Positions 39,065-47,094 of a DNA stretch of 51,070 nt are shown piece after piece. Each line of letters begins with the position of its first letter. Within the stretch, counting starts at the first letter, position 1. The DNA is from a virus (lineage: Duplodnaviria > Caudoviricetes). The stretch lies in the IMG/VR virus record IMGVR_UViG_3300005611_000043, positions 1 through 51,070 of that record; one strand, written 5' to 3'. The translations under genes were made by a program, and so were the position numbers. The notes below the pieces were generated by a model. That model worked only from the letters and a program-made list of their open reading frames with translations. It made no database searches and was not told where the DNA came from.

Positions 39065-39472
39065 ATGGGCTTAGATATGTACATGTACAGCACCAATAAA
39101 CACATTGAAAGTTTAGAGGTGGAAAATAGAGCAAAGGTAGATGGCGAAGAGGAGCAAGAGCAAGAGCTCGGCTACTGGCGAAAGCATAATCGCTTGCATG
39201 GTTGGTTTGAGAATAAGTGGCTCAACCGCCATACTGACGCTGATACTGACTTTAATTGTGTTCGGTATTATCTGAACGCGGAAGAGTTAGAGGAACTTTG
39301 CGACACTATCAAAAAAGAAAAGTTGCCAGCTACGAGTGGCTTCTTTTTTGGTAATGATAGCTACTCGTATGAAGAGCACGAGGAACAAAAAAAATACGAC
39401 CTTGAGATTATAGAAAAGGCAAAAAAAGAGCTCGAGGCAGGTAAGTACGTTTATTACTCTAGTTGGTGGTAA
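39065..39472 (+). CDS. Conserved phage protein (MGLDMY family)
   Basis: MGLDMY, YWRKHNRLHGWF, LPATSGFFFG, YYSSWW. Confidence 0.85.
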   Translation: MGLDMYMYSTNKHIESLEVENRAKVDGEEEQEQELGYWRKHNRLHGWFENKWLNRHTDADTDFNCVRYYLNAEELEELCDTIKKEKLPATSGFFFGNDSYSYEEHEEQKKYDLEIIEKAKKELEAGKYVYYSSWW

Positions 39473-39474
39473 TA

Positions 39475-39529
39475 TTCCCGTATGGGTTTCCCACGCTTCC
39501 CGCGTGGGTTTCCCGTTGGTTTTCCCGTT
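39475..39529 (+). repeat. TTCCCG repeat element copy 4
   Basis: Five TTCCCR; hairpin CCCACGC-TTCCC-GCGTGGG. Confidence 0.9.
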
Positions 39530-39625
39530 AGGTTTTTTTAATTTTTTTATTTATATTTATTATTTATTTAATTTTTTTAAGGGTCCTTTTTTTTATTTTA
39601 AAAAAAAAATAAATTATTTTTATGA

Positions 39626-39659
39626 TTGCCTTAATTTAGCCACATTGATGTGAAATAAC
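39626..39659 (+). promoter_or_regulatory. Cassette promoter 4
   Basis: TTGCCTT-AATT-TAGCCAC-N10-AATAAC with TGn, preceded by a ~95-bp AT tract. Confidence 0.7.
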
Positions 39660-39664
39660 TTCAT

Positions 39665-39766
39665 TGTTATTTCTTTTTGGGAATAGACGCAGAGTTCGTC
39701 TCAATGCATTTAGAAATAACATACACGGTTAGGGCATGACCAAGGGGATTTTCCCAAACTATGCCC
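39665..39766 (+). ncRNA. Candidate structured 5' leader
   Basis: Two stem-loops with 8-nt complementary loop segments. Confidence 0.45.
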
Positions 39767-39794
39767 ACAAACAAAAAACAAAAAGGAGTAAAAT

Positions 39795-40400
39795 ATGAAA
39801 CCAATAAGAAAAAATGAACTTGAGTACTATGAAAGACTGATAGACCGAAAGTTCGAAAAACAAGGGGACGCGCTTAATCGCGAGTTCAATAATGAGGTGG
39901 ACAAAAAAGTTGAACAAACTTTTAAGTCTTTTAAAAAACATCTCAAAGTTGAGGACATGTTTAAAAAAGTTGAAAGGGCGCGATCTGAATATGAGATTTT
40001 TAAAAGAACTAAAGATCAAAAAGAATCAGAGTTGCGCGATAAGTTAGAGACGCACGCTAACACACTGGCAAACTATCTACGCGAAAAATCCGATGTTAAT
40101 AACTGGGATTTAAGAATGAGCGCAGGATATGACAGAGACGGTGTTTTATCGTCAAATGAATTTGACAATAAAATAAAAGAAGCGTGCAGGGTTGAAGCTA
40201 GACGTTATCTTGAAAAACAAGATATTGCTAAAAATATGAAAGCGTTAGAAACTAGAAAAGAAATGGCGCGAAATATTTTGTTTAGCGGTAGTTCTATCAA
40301 CTCGGTTGTATCTGAATTAGCTAATGTGTTTAAATCTAGTCAGATTGACTTCCAAATCCCTAAATCTTTATTGCAATTAGAAGCACCTAAAGATCAGTAA
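39795..40400 (+). CDS. Helical/coiled-coil hypothetical protein
   Basis: SD AAAAGGAG; 201 aa, charged. Confidence 0.8.
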   Translation: MKPIRKNELEYYERLIDRKFEKQGDALNREFNNEVDKKVEQTFKSFKKHLKVEDMFKKVERARSEYEIFKRTKDQKESELRDKLETHANTLANYLREKSDVNNWDLRMSAGYDRDGVLSSNEFDNKIKEACRVEARRYLEKQDIAKNMKALETRKEMARNILFSGSSINSVVSELANVFKSSQIDFQIPKSLLQLEAPKDQ

Positions 40401-40415
40401 AAATAAAACTAAATT

Positions 40416-40443
40416 CCCACTTGCATTTTGCAAGTGGGGGTTT
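40416..40443 (+). terminator. Intrinsic terminator-like hairpin
   Basis: CCCACTTGCA-TTT-TGCAAGTGGG flanked by A- and T-rich runs. Confidence 0.65.
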
Positions 40444-40513
40444 ATATTAAGTTCAGGATATTTATATGGGTAAGCACGTCAAGTTCAATTTTAGCTCCTG
40501 TTTCTTGGGGTGC

Positions 40514-40560
40514 TTCCCGCCATATTCCCATTTTAGCTTCCCATTTTACTTTCCCATTTT
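40514..40560 (+). repeat. Degenerate TTCCCR repeat copy 5
   Basis: TTCCCG plus three TTCCCATTTT, followed by an AT tract. Confidence 0.8.
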
Positions 40561-40677
40561 ATTAATTATTTTATGTTTTATATAATATTAGTTATTTTTT
40601 TTGTGGTCCTGGTAGGGGCAATTGTGCGGCCGTGGGCTGGGCTGCTGCTGCTAATATCTTTTTATTTATTTTATTCG

Positions 40678-40711
40678 ATGACATAATTTGGACACAATTG
40701 TATGAAATAAA
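40678..40711 (+). promoter_or_regulatory. Cassette promoter 5
   Basis: ATGACAT-AATT-TGGACAC-N10-AATAAA with TGn. Confidence 0.6.
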
Positions 40712-40738
40712 AATTGAAACAACAACAAAGGAGCAAAT

Positions 40739-40999
40739 ATGTTAAAATGTACAGAATGCAAATCAACTAATTTGGAATACCTTCCTAATGTTGATGGCAA
40801 CAGCTGGGTTAAAGTTCATTACGAACAAACGAAGAAGGGGCAGTGGAAGATTGTTGCCAAAGGTTATCGTAGTGCTAGCGACTCACAAGGGGAAGTGGAT
40901 GTGTCTACGATTGATGCCAGGGACATTTACTTCAATGATGGAATGTCATTCTTTTATTGTAAAGATTGCACATGCGAATTAGATGGGAGGCATCTGTAA
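40739..40999 (+). CDS. Zinc-ribbon protein
   Basis: SD AAAGGAG; CTEC...CKDC. Confidence 0.75.
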   Translation: MLKCTECKSTNLEYLPNVDGNSWVKVHYEQTKKGQWKIVAKGYRSASDSQGEVDVSTIDARDIYFNDGMSFFYCKDCTCELDGRHL

Positions 41000-41370
41000 T
41001 GAGAATAATGAAAGTTAAAAAAATAAAAGTGACAGCTGATGATATCAGTCACGGAACAACTTCTGACTGCCTTTCTTGCCCGATCGCTTTGGCGATCCGA
41101 AGGGTTGTGAAGAAGACCTGCAGGGTTGAGGTAAGAAGTTTATCTGTGTTGATCCAGGTGGATGACAAACTTACGCGTCCTCATGATTATATAGATGATG
41201 AGATAGTACCTGAAAACGGTGTCTTCCCTGTGATCCGCCTCTCATTACCACAGAGAGCAAGGGACTTCATTGATAGGTTTGATAGCATTGGAAGTCCTGC
41301 TGAAGAATACTTTAGCATAGTCAAACCATTCTCATTTGAGTTACCAATACCTGTCGAGTCACTTCGATAG
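40999..41370 (+). CDS. Hypothetical phage protein
   Basis: SD GGGAGG, TAATG overlap; VTADDI..G...CPIALAI...FIDRFD...KPFSFEL. Confidence 0.75.
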   Translation: MRIMKVKKIKVTADDISHGTTSDCLSCPIALAIRRVVKKTCRVEVRSLSVLIQVDDKLTRPHDYIDDEIVPENGVFPVIRLSLPQRARDFIDRFDSIGSPAEEYFSIVKPFSFELPIPVESLR

Positions 41371-41404
41371 CATCTAAGAATTAAGGCAGAAAAATATTTT
41401 TTTT

Positions 41405-41438
41405 CTGCCTTAATTTCGCCATAATTATGTGCGATAAA
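41405..41438 (+). promoter_or_regulatory. Cassette promoter 6 (leaderless)
   Basis: CTGCCTT-AATT-TCGCCAT-N10-GATAAA with TGn; ATG 5 nt downstream. Confidence 0.7.
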
Positions 41439-41443
41439 AAATC

Positions 41444-41827
41444 ATGAAAAAAATAAAAATGAAAACAGAAGAATTCAATAACTACAAGATGAACGATGAA
41501 GTGTACCAACTTAGAAGAAGAGTTATTGAATTAATTTATGAGGTGAAGAAAACAATCAAAGACTTACCAAGAATAGATGTTAGAGTTGGTGAGTCTGTAA
41601 ATTGTAAGAACATGCTTGGGTTAGCAGAGGTTGGTAACTGTAAGATTTGGATTACAGAAAAGGCAATCAACAAAGGTACAGACTACCTAAGACATGTAGT
41701 GTACCATGAGATTGCTCATGCAGTGTATGGTGCAAGACATAATCCTGAATGTCCATTGATGTCACCAAAGCTAACTCAACCAGCTGATTACGATACACTC
41801 ATCAAGTGCCTGGCCTCCTACCGATAG
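41444..41827 (+). CDS. Zinc metalloprotease-like protein (HEXXH)
   Basis: VVYHEIAHAVYGARH...CPLM (metzincin-like Met-turn). Confidence 0.75.
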   Translation: MKKIKMKTEEFNNYKMNDEVYQLRRRVIELIYEVKKTIKDLPRIDVRVGESVNCKNMLGLAEVGNCKIWITEKAINKGTDYLRHVVYHEIAHAVYGARHNPECPLMSPKLTQPADYDTLIKCLASYR

Positions 41828-41931
41828 GGGTCCAGGCCATCCCACCGTCACAGCTTCCGCTTCAGTACCCCGACCCCCCATTTGTGTTGATATGTTACTA
41901 AAAACAATGTAAAGAAAAGTAGGTCGGATAC

Positions 41932-43425
41932 ATGCAAACAGGTTCAAAAACTTTAGATCAGCTTTCTACCGATGAATTGAAAGAACAGGTAGAGTTAAAA
42001 TGGTTACAGTATATCAAGCTGTGCCAGGATAATTTTTTAATGTTTGTTCAAGAAGTTTGGCCTAGTTTTATTTGTCGTAAAGAAAAGGACCCATTGAAAT
42101 GGGGACACCACCAGATCATTGGTAATCAATTTCAGAAAATTGCAGATGGGTCCCAAAAGAGACTCATTGTGAATATGCCCCCTAGGCATACTAAATCAGA
42201 GTTTGCATCTTATTTGTTCCCTGCTTGGTTAATTGGAAAAAAACCTAATTTAAAAATTATGCAGGTATCGCACAATACAGAACTTGCAGTTCGTTTCGGA
42301 TCCAAAGTAAGAAACTTAATGGAGACTCCTGAATACAAACAAATTTTTGGTGATGTCAAACTTAGAGAAGATTCAAAAGCAAAAGGTCGTTGGGAAACAG
42401 ATCAAGGCGGTGAATATTATGCTGCTGGTGTGGGAGCTTCGATTACAGGTCGTGGTGCTGATTTATTAATTATTGATGATCCACATACTGAACAAGATAC
42501 AATGTCCGAGAATGCTTTTGATAAAGCTTACGAATGGTATACCTCTGGTCCACGTCAACGTCTTCAACCAGGAGGCTCCATTGTTTTAGTAATGACCAGG
42601 TGGGGTCAGGCAGACCTAACAGGCAAACTCATAGCAAATCAATCTGAACCTAAGTCAGACCAATGGTATGTAATAAAATTTCCAGCGATCATGCCTAATG
42701 GTAATCCAGTGTGGCCAGAGTATTGGACACTAGAAGATTTAGAAAAAACAAAAGCTTCTATTGCAGCAAGAAACTGGAATGCACAGTATATGCAGGAACC
42801 TTCCTCAGAAGAGGGAGCTATTATCAAGAGGGAGTGGTGGAAACCCTGGGATACAAAAAAAGGAGTCCCAAATTTGCTACACGTCATACAAAGTTATGAT
42901 ACTGCATTTTCCACAAAAGAGACTGCGGACTTTTCTGCTATTACTACGTGGGGAATTTTTGAACCACAAGACGGAATGGGTCAAAGAATTATTTTATTAG
43001 ATGCTGTACAGGAACGATGGGAATTTCCAGATTTAAAACAAGCAGCATTAGAACAGTATCGATATTGGGAACCCGAATCTGTAATCATTGAAGCAAAAGC
43101 TTCGGGGCAACCATTATTGCAAGAATTCCGACGTATGGGTATTCCAGCGATGGATTTCATACCTGCAAAAGGAAGAGATAAAGTTACAAGGGTAAATGCA
43201 GTTTCACCACTATTTGCATCAGGTATGGTTTATTATCCTAAGGGAGAAAGATTTGCAGAAGAAGTCATAGAACAATCCGCAGCTTTTCCTTATGGCGAAC
43301 ATGATGATTTAGTAGATAGTATGACTCAAGCTTTGTTTAGGTACAGACAAGGCGGATTTATTATGACACCAGAAGATTACAAAGAAGAGCCACATATATC
43401 TGCAGAAAAGAAGTTCTACGATTGA
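41932..43425 (+). CDS. terL: Terminase large subunit
   Basis: NMPPRHTKSE, GRGADLLIIDDP, MTRW, SYDTA, IEAKASG, HDDLVDS. Confidence 0.95.
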   Translation: MQTGSKTLDQLSTDELKEQVELKWLQYIKLCQDNFLMFVQEVWPSFICRKEKDPLKWGHHQIIGNQFQKIADGSQKRLIVNMPPRHTKSEFASYLFPAWLIGKKPNLKIMQVSHNTELAVRFGSKVRNLMETPEYKQIFGDVKLREDSKAKGRWETDQGGEYYAAGVGASITGRGADLLIIDDPHTEQDTMSENAFDKAYEWYTSGPRQRLQPGGSIVLVMTRWGQADLTGKLIANQSEPKSDQWYVIKFPAIMPNGNPVWPEYWTLEDLEKTKASIAARNWNAQYMQEPSSEEGAIIKREWWKPWDTKKGVPNLLHVIQSYDTAFSTKETADFSAITTWGIFEPQDGMGQRIILLDAVQERWEFPDLKQAALEQYRYWEPESVIIEAKASGQPLLQEFRRMGIPAMDFIPAKGRDKVTRVNAVSPLFASGMVYYPKGERFAEEVIEQSAAFPYGEHDDLVDSMTQALFRYRQGGFIMTPEDYKEEPHISAEKKFYD

Positions 43426-43480
43426 TAAATAGGCGTTTGTAAGTTATTATAAACCTTTAACGTTAAACAGGAGAAATACC

Positions 43481-43855
43481 ATGGGTAAAAAATCTAAAAA
43501 ACTTGCTAAAATAGGAGCTGGAATTGCAGCTGCATATTTAGCTTCTAAGATGGGTGATTCAGGTGCTGCAACAGATACAGCTACGAAAAACCTTGATTAC
43601 GAATATGATGCTTACAAAGGAGCATCTAAGAAATCATCAACTACACCTTTTGAGCATGAGGGTTCTGTAATGCCTAGTAAAAAAACAGCTACAGCTAGTG
43701 TAAGAAAAAAAATGCAACCAGGTCCTAAATCCATTAATGTTTCTGGAGTAAGAAACTTTGGTTTTGGTAATATGGGTTTTAAATCAGGTGGAGCTGTTAC
43801 GACTAAAGGTCAAGGCAGAGCGATTAGATCTAAGAAGACTATTTTGTTAACTTAA
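43481..43855 (+). CDS. Small basic head-region protein
   Basis: SD AGGAG; FKSGGAV...KGQGRA motifs. Confidence 0.7.
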   Translation: MGKKSKKLAKIGAGIAAAYLASKMGDSGAATDTATKNLDYEYDAYKGASKKSSTTPFEHEGSVMPSKKTATASVRKKMQPGPKSINVSGVRNFGFGNMGFKSGGAVTTKGQGRAIRSKKTILLT

Positions 43856-44040
43856 TGTCTTCTTTAAACAAAGCGATTGTATTAGCATCAAAAGCTGCTA
43901 ATAAGGATTTAGGTGAGGAATATCAAAAGTTTCTCGGCGGAGTATCTATTCCACAAGAGAAACTTTTTCCTTATGTACAATCTGGGAAAATGAAGTATGG
44001 TGGAAGTGTAAAGAAAAAAAATGGCCGTAGAAAAAAATAA
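43855..44040 (+). CDS. Small head-region protein
   Basis: TAATG coupling; MKYGGSV motif. Confidence 0.65.
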   Translation: MSSLNKAIVLASKAANKDLGEEYQKFLGGVSIPQEKLFPYVQSGKMKYGGSVKKKNGRRKK

Positions 44041-46408
44041 TGAAAATATCAGAACGACTGAAGATGATGAAATCGAGATTTCGTCTCAGGATGCTAATGT
44101 GGAAATTGAGGGTGAAGGTCAACAAGAACCTATTGTCCAAATAGATCAAGACGGCAATGCACAAGAAGTTACAGAAGAAGAATTAGAACCTGGTGAGGAA
44201 AATTTTTATGCAAACCTCGCAGAGGACATGGACGAAAGAGTATTACAAAAATTAGGATTAGAGTTAGTTTCATTTTACAAGTCAGATAAAAATTCTAGAA
44301 AATCATGGGAAGACGGTTATCGTAAAGGTTTGGATTTCATTACTGACAGCTACAGATCGACTACGAGACCGTTTCAAGGAGCATCTACTGTTACACACCC
44401 ATTGATGTCAGAAGCGGTCACGCAGTTTCAAGCACAAGCTTACAAAGAATTATTACCAGCAGGTGGTCCAGTGCGAACACAAATTGTTGGTGCTGTAGAT
44501 AAAGCAAGAGAAGATCAAGCAGATCGTGTTAAAGAATTTATGAATTTTGAGTTGATGGAAAAAATGGAAGAGTACACAACTGACATGGATCAATTATTAT
44601 ATCAACTTCCTCTTGCAGGTTCTGCATTTAAAAAAGTTTATTACGATGCAACAACCGAAAGAGCTGTTGCAAAATTTGTTCCAGCAGAAGATTTAGTCGT
44701 TCCTTACATGGCAACGGATTTATTATCAGCAGAAAGAATTACCCATGTACTAACTTTAACAGAAAACGAATTAACCAAAAGACAGTTATCAGGATTTTAC
44801 AGAGACATTGAAGTTCAACCAAGTGCGGATACACAATCAGATTTAGAAAAAAAGATAGATGAGATTTCTGGAGTAGAAAAAATAGTATCCAGAGATAAAT
44901 ATTTTAAAATTCTTGAAATGCATGTGGATTTGGATTTGGAAGAATTTGAAATGGAAGATAATAAAACAGAAAAAAGAATTAAAGTTCCATATATCGTAAC
45001 GTTAGATGAGTCTTCAGGACAGGTTTTATCTGTGTATCGTAATTACAAAGAGGAAGATCAGCTTGCAAGACGAATTGAATACTTTGTTCAATATAAATTT
45101 TTACCAGGTTTAGGGTTTTATGGCTTCGGCTTAGTTCATATGATCGGTGGTTTGACCAAAGCTGCAACCAATGCACTACGTCAATTACTAGATGCAGGTA
45201 CTTTATCTAACTTGCCTGCGGGATTTAAGTCCAGAGGTATGCGTATAAGGGACGATGACCAACCTTTTACCCCTGGTGAGTTCAGAGATGTTGACGCTCC
45301 TGGCGGAAATATCAGAGATCAGTTCCAAATTTTACCTTTTAAAGAGCCTTCGGCTACATTATTTCAACTTTTGGGCTTCTGTGTAGAAGCGGGAAACCGA
45401 TTTGCAGCTATTTCTAGCATGCAAGTGGGTGATGGAAACCAAAACGCACCTGTAGGAACCACAATTGCATTGTTAGAACGTGGAACTAGAGTGATGTCAG
45501 CTGTTCAAAAGCGTTGTTACAACGCAATGAGACGTGAATTTAAACTTCTAGCAAGAATTTTTGGTGATTATTTACCTCCAGAGTACCCTTATGATGTTTA
45601 TGGCGGTGAAAGAGTGATTAAACAAGCAGATTTTGACGATCGAGTAGATATTTTACCTGTTGCAGACCCAAATATTTTCTCTATGTCGCAAAGAGTAACC
45701 CTTGCAAACGAACAATTGAAGATTGCTATGTCTAATCCTGGTATGCACAACATGTATGAAGCGTATCGACAAGTGTATGAAGCCCTGGGAGCGAAAAATG
45801 TAGATTTATTATTGTTACCACAAGATAAACCTTCTCAACCATTAGATCCTGCGCAAGAAAACATTAGAGCGATGGATATGAAACAACTACAAGCCTTTGT
45901 TGGACAAGATCACGATGCTCATATTGCAGCACACATGGCATTTATGCGAACCAGAATGATTCAAATTAATCCTGTGATTTATTCTTTACTGCAACGACAT
46001 ATTGCACAACATATTGGTCTCAAAGCTAGAATGATGGCGCAAGCCCAGTTCGAACAAAACCCAGAACTGCAGGCGATAGCCCAGCAAAACCCTCAAGAAG
46101 CTGCATTACAGTTTGAAACGCTTGTGGCAAGAGTAACTGCGCAGTTAACTCAAGAAGCTGCAACGACGGAAGAAGATTATTTAGCTGCAAGAAAAGATCC
46201 ACTAACAAGATTGAAAGAAAGAGAATTAGATTTGAAAGCGATGGAGCAACAACGTAAGATGAGTGAGACAACGTTGAAAGAACAGAATGAAGATTTTAGG
46301 TTCGATGAAAAAATGGAACTTGAAAAAGTAAAACTAGAGAACAAAGAGGAAGCAGATAAAGCTAGACTTGCAGTTTCTCTAATGAAACTAAACCAACAAA
46401 AAAAATAA
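44021..46408 (+). CDS. Portal protein
   Basis: 795 aa after terL; LPLAGSAFKKVYYD, FLPGLGFYGFG, PFKEPS, APVGTT motifs. Confidence 0.88.
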   Translation: MAVEKNNENIRTTEDDEIEISSQDANVEIEGEGQQEPIVQIDQDGNAQEVTEEELEPGEENFYANLAEDMDERVLQKLGLELVSFYKSDKNSRKSWEDGYRKGLDFITDSYRSTTRPFQGASTVTHPLMSEAVTQFQAQAYKELLPAGGPVRTQIVGAVDKAREDQADRVKEFMNFELMEKMEEYTTDMDQLLYQLPLAGSAFKKVYYDATTERAVAKFVPAEDLVVPYMATDLLSAERITHVLTLTENELTKRQLSGFYRDIEVQPSADTQSDLEKKIDEISGVEKIVSRDKYFKILEMHVDLDLEEFEMEDNKTEKRIKVPYIVTLDESSGQVLSVYRNYKEEDQLARRIEYFVQYKFLPGLGFYGFGLVHMIGGLTKAATNALRQLLDAGTLSNLPAGFKSRGMRIRDDDQPFTPGEFRDVDAPGGNIRDQFQILPFKEPSATLFQLLGFCVEAGNRFAAISSMQVGDGNQNAPVGTTIALLERGTRVMSAVQKRCYNAMRREFKLLARIFGDYLPPEYPYDVYGGERVIKQADFDDRVDILPVADPNIFSMSQRVTLANEQLKIAMSNPGMHNMYEAYRQVYEALGAKNVDLLLLPQDKPSQPLDPAQENIRAMDMKQLQAFVGQDHDAHIAAHMAFMRTRMIQINPVIYSLLQRHIAQHIGLKARMMAQAQFEQNPELQAIAQQNPQEAALQFETLVARVTAQLTQEAATTEEDYLAARKDPLTRLKERELDLKAMEQQRKMSETTLKEQNEDFRFDEKMELEKVKLENKEEADKARLAVSLMKLNQQKK

Positions 46409-46417
46409 GGAGAACTT

Positions 46418-46555
46418 ATGAAAAAAGCAATGAAAAAAGGTGGCGGAATAGCTCAAAAAGGAATGGGTGCAGCTTATAAAAAAGGCGGCATGACCAAAGC
46501 TAGAGCGGGTAAGATGATGAACCTTAAAATGGTTAAAAAGAAAAAGAAAAAATAA
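46418..46555 (+). CDS. 45-aa Lys/Met/Gly-rich peptide (not in ORF track)
   Basis: SD AAGGAG; MKKAMKKGGGIAQKGMGAAYKKGGMTKARAGKMMNLKMVKKKKKK*. Confidence 0.75.
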   Translation: MKKAMKKGGGIAQKGMGAAYKKGGMTKARAGKMMNLKMVKKKKKK

Positions 46556-46756
46556 ATGTCAGTTAGGTTAACTGATAAAATTGCTCAGTTAAGAGGAGAA
46601 ACCATGATTACCAAAAAAGGTAAAAAAATCATGAAAGCCATGAAAGAAAAATATGGCTCTAAAAAAGGCGAGCAAGTCTTTTATGCTTCTAAAAACAAAG
46701 GAACGATAACAGGTGTCGAAAAAGGCAAAAAGAAAAAATCTAAGAAAAAGTCTTAG
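46556..46756 (+). CDS. Small basic protein (alternative start 46604)
   Basis: TKKGKKIMKAMKEKYG.KKGEQVFYASKNKG; SD GAGGAG before 46604. Confidence 0.7.
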   Translation: MSVRLTDKIAQLRGETMITKKGKKIMKAMKEKYGSKKGEQVFYASKNKGTITGVEKGKKKKSKKKS

Positions 46757-46841
46757 TGGCGGGAAGAGATTTGGGCCTCCTCCAAAAAGGGGGCCTAATC
46801 CTGATGGTATAGACGTTCCATTGAAAACCAAGTATATTTAA
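46713..46841 (+). CDS. Overlapping 42-aa basic peptide (not in ORF track)
   Basis: GTG start; ...SGGKRFGPPPKRGPNPDG...; fills the gap to the next gene. Confidence 0.45.
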   Translation: MSKKAKRKNLRKSLSGGKRFGPPPKRGPNPDGIDVPLKTKYI

Positions 46842-46845
46842 TATT

Positions 46846-47094
46846 ATGCCTGAAAAGAAAACTAAAAAGAAATCTAAAATGGAAAAAGATATAGAAATAT
46901 ATCAAAACGACGTAACTGTTCAACCAGATCCAAGAATGTTTGAACAAGAAGATCAAACTATCAGTTATGAAGAACCTGAAGGAAAACAAGCTGGTGGAAT
47001 GAGTTGTCCTTACAGAAGAAAAGGTGCGAAATCTAATATTCAAGGTGTTAAAGATATTCAACTTAAGGGCGGAAAATTTATAGGATGTAAGTAA
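46846..47094 (+). CDS. Small head-region protein
   Basis: 82 aa ending IQLKGGKFIGCK. Confidence 0.65.
   Translation: MPEKKTKKKSKMEKDIEIYQNDVTVQPDPRMFEQEDQTISYEEPEGKQAGGMSCPYRRKGAKSNIQGVKDIQLKGGKFIGCK

Noticed and set aside
38917-39105. Minus-strand 62-aa ORF
   Set aside because: Antisense to the SD-led 38880-39059 gene
37402-40560. CRISPR array interpretation of the TTCCCG repeats
   Set aside because: Repeats are degenerate and separated by whole genes rather than constant 30-40 bp spacers; no cas operon (the PD-(D/E)XK nuclease is an ordinary phage exonuclease)
40466-40585. Hydrophobic ORF MGKHVKFNFSS... across repeat copy 5
   Set aside because: No SD; composition dictated by TTCCCATTTT repeats and the AT tract
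37402-41438. Classical integron
   Set aside because: No tyrosine recombinase in the window, no RYYYAAC/GTTRRRY attC ends recognised, and each cassette has its own promoter
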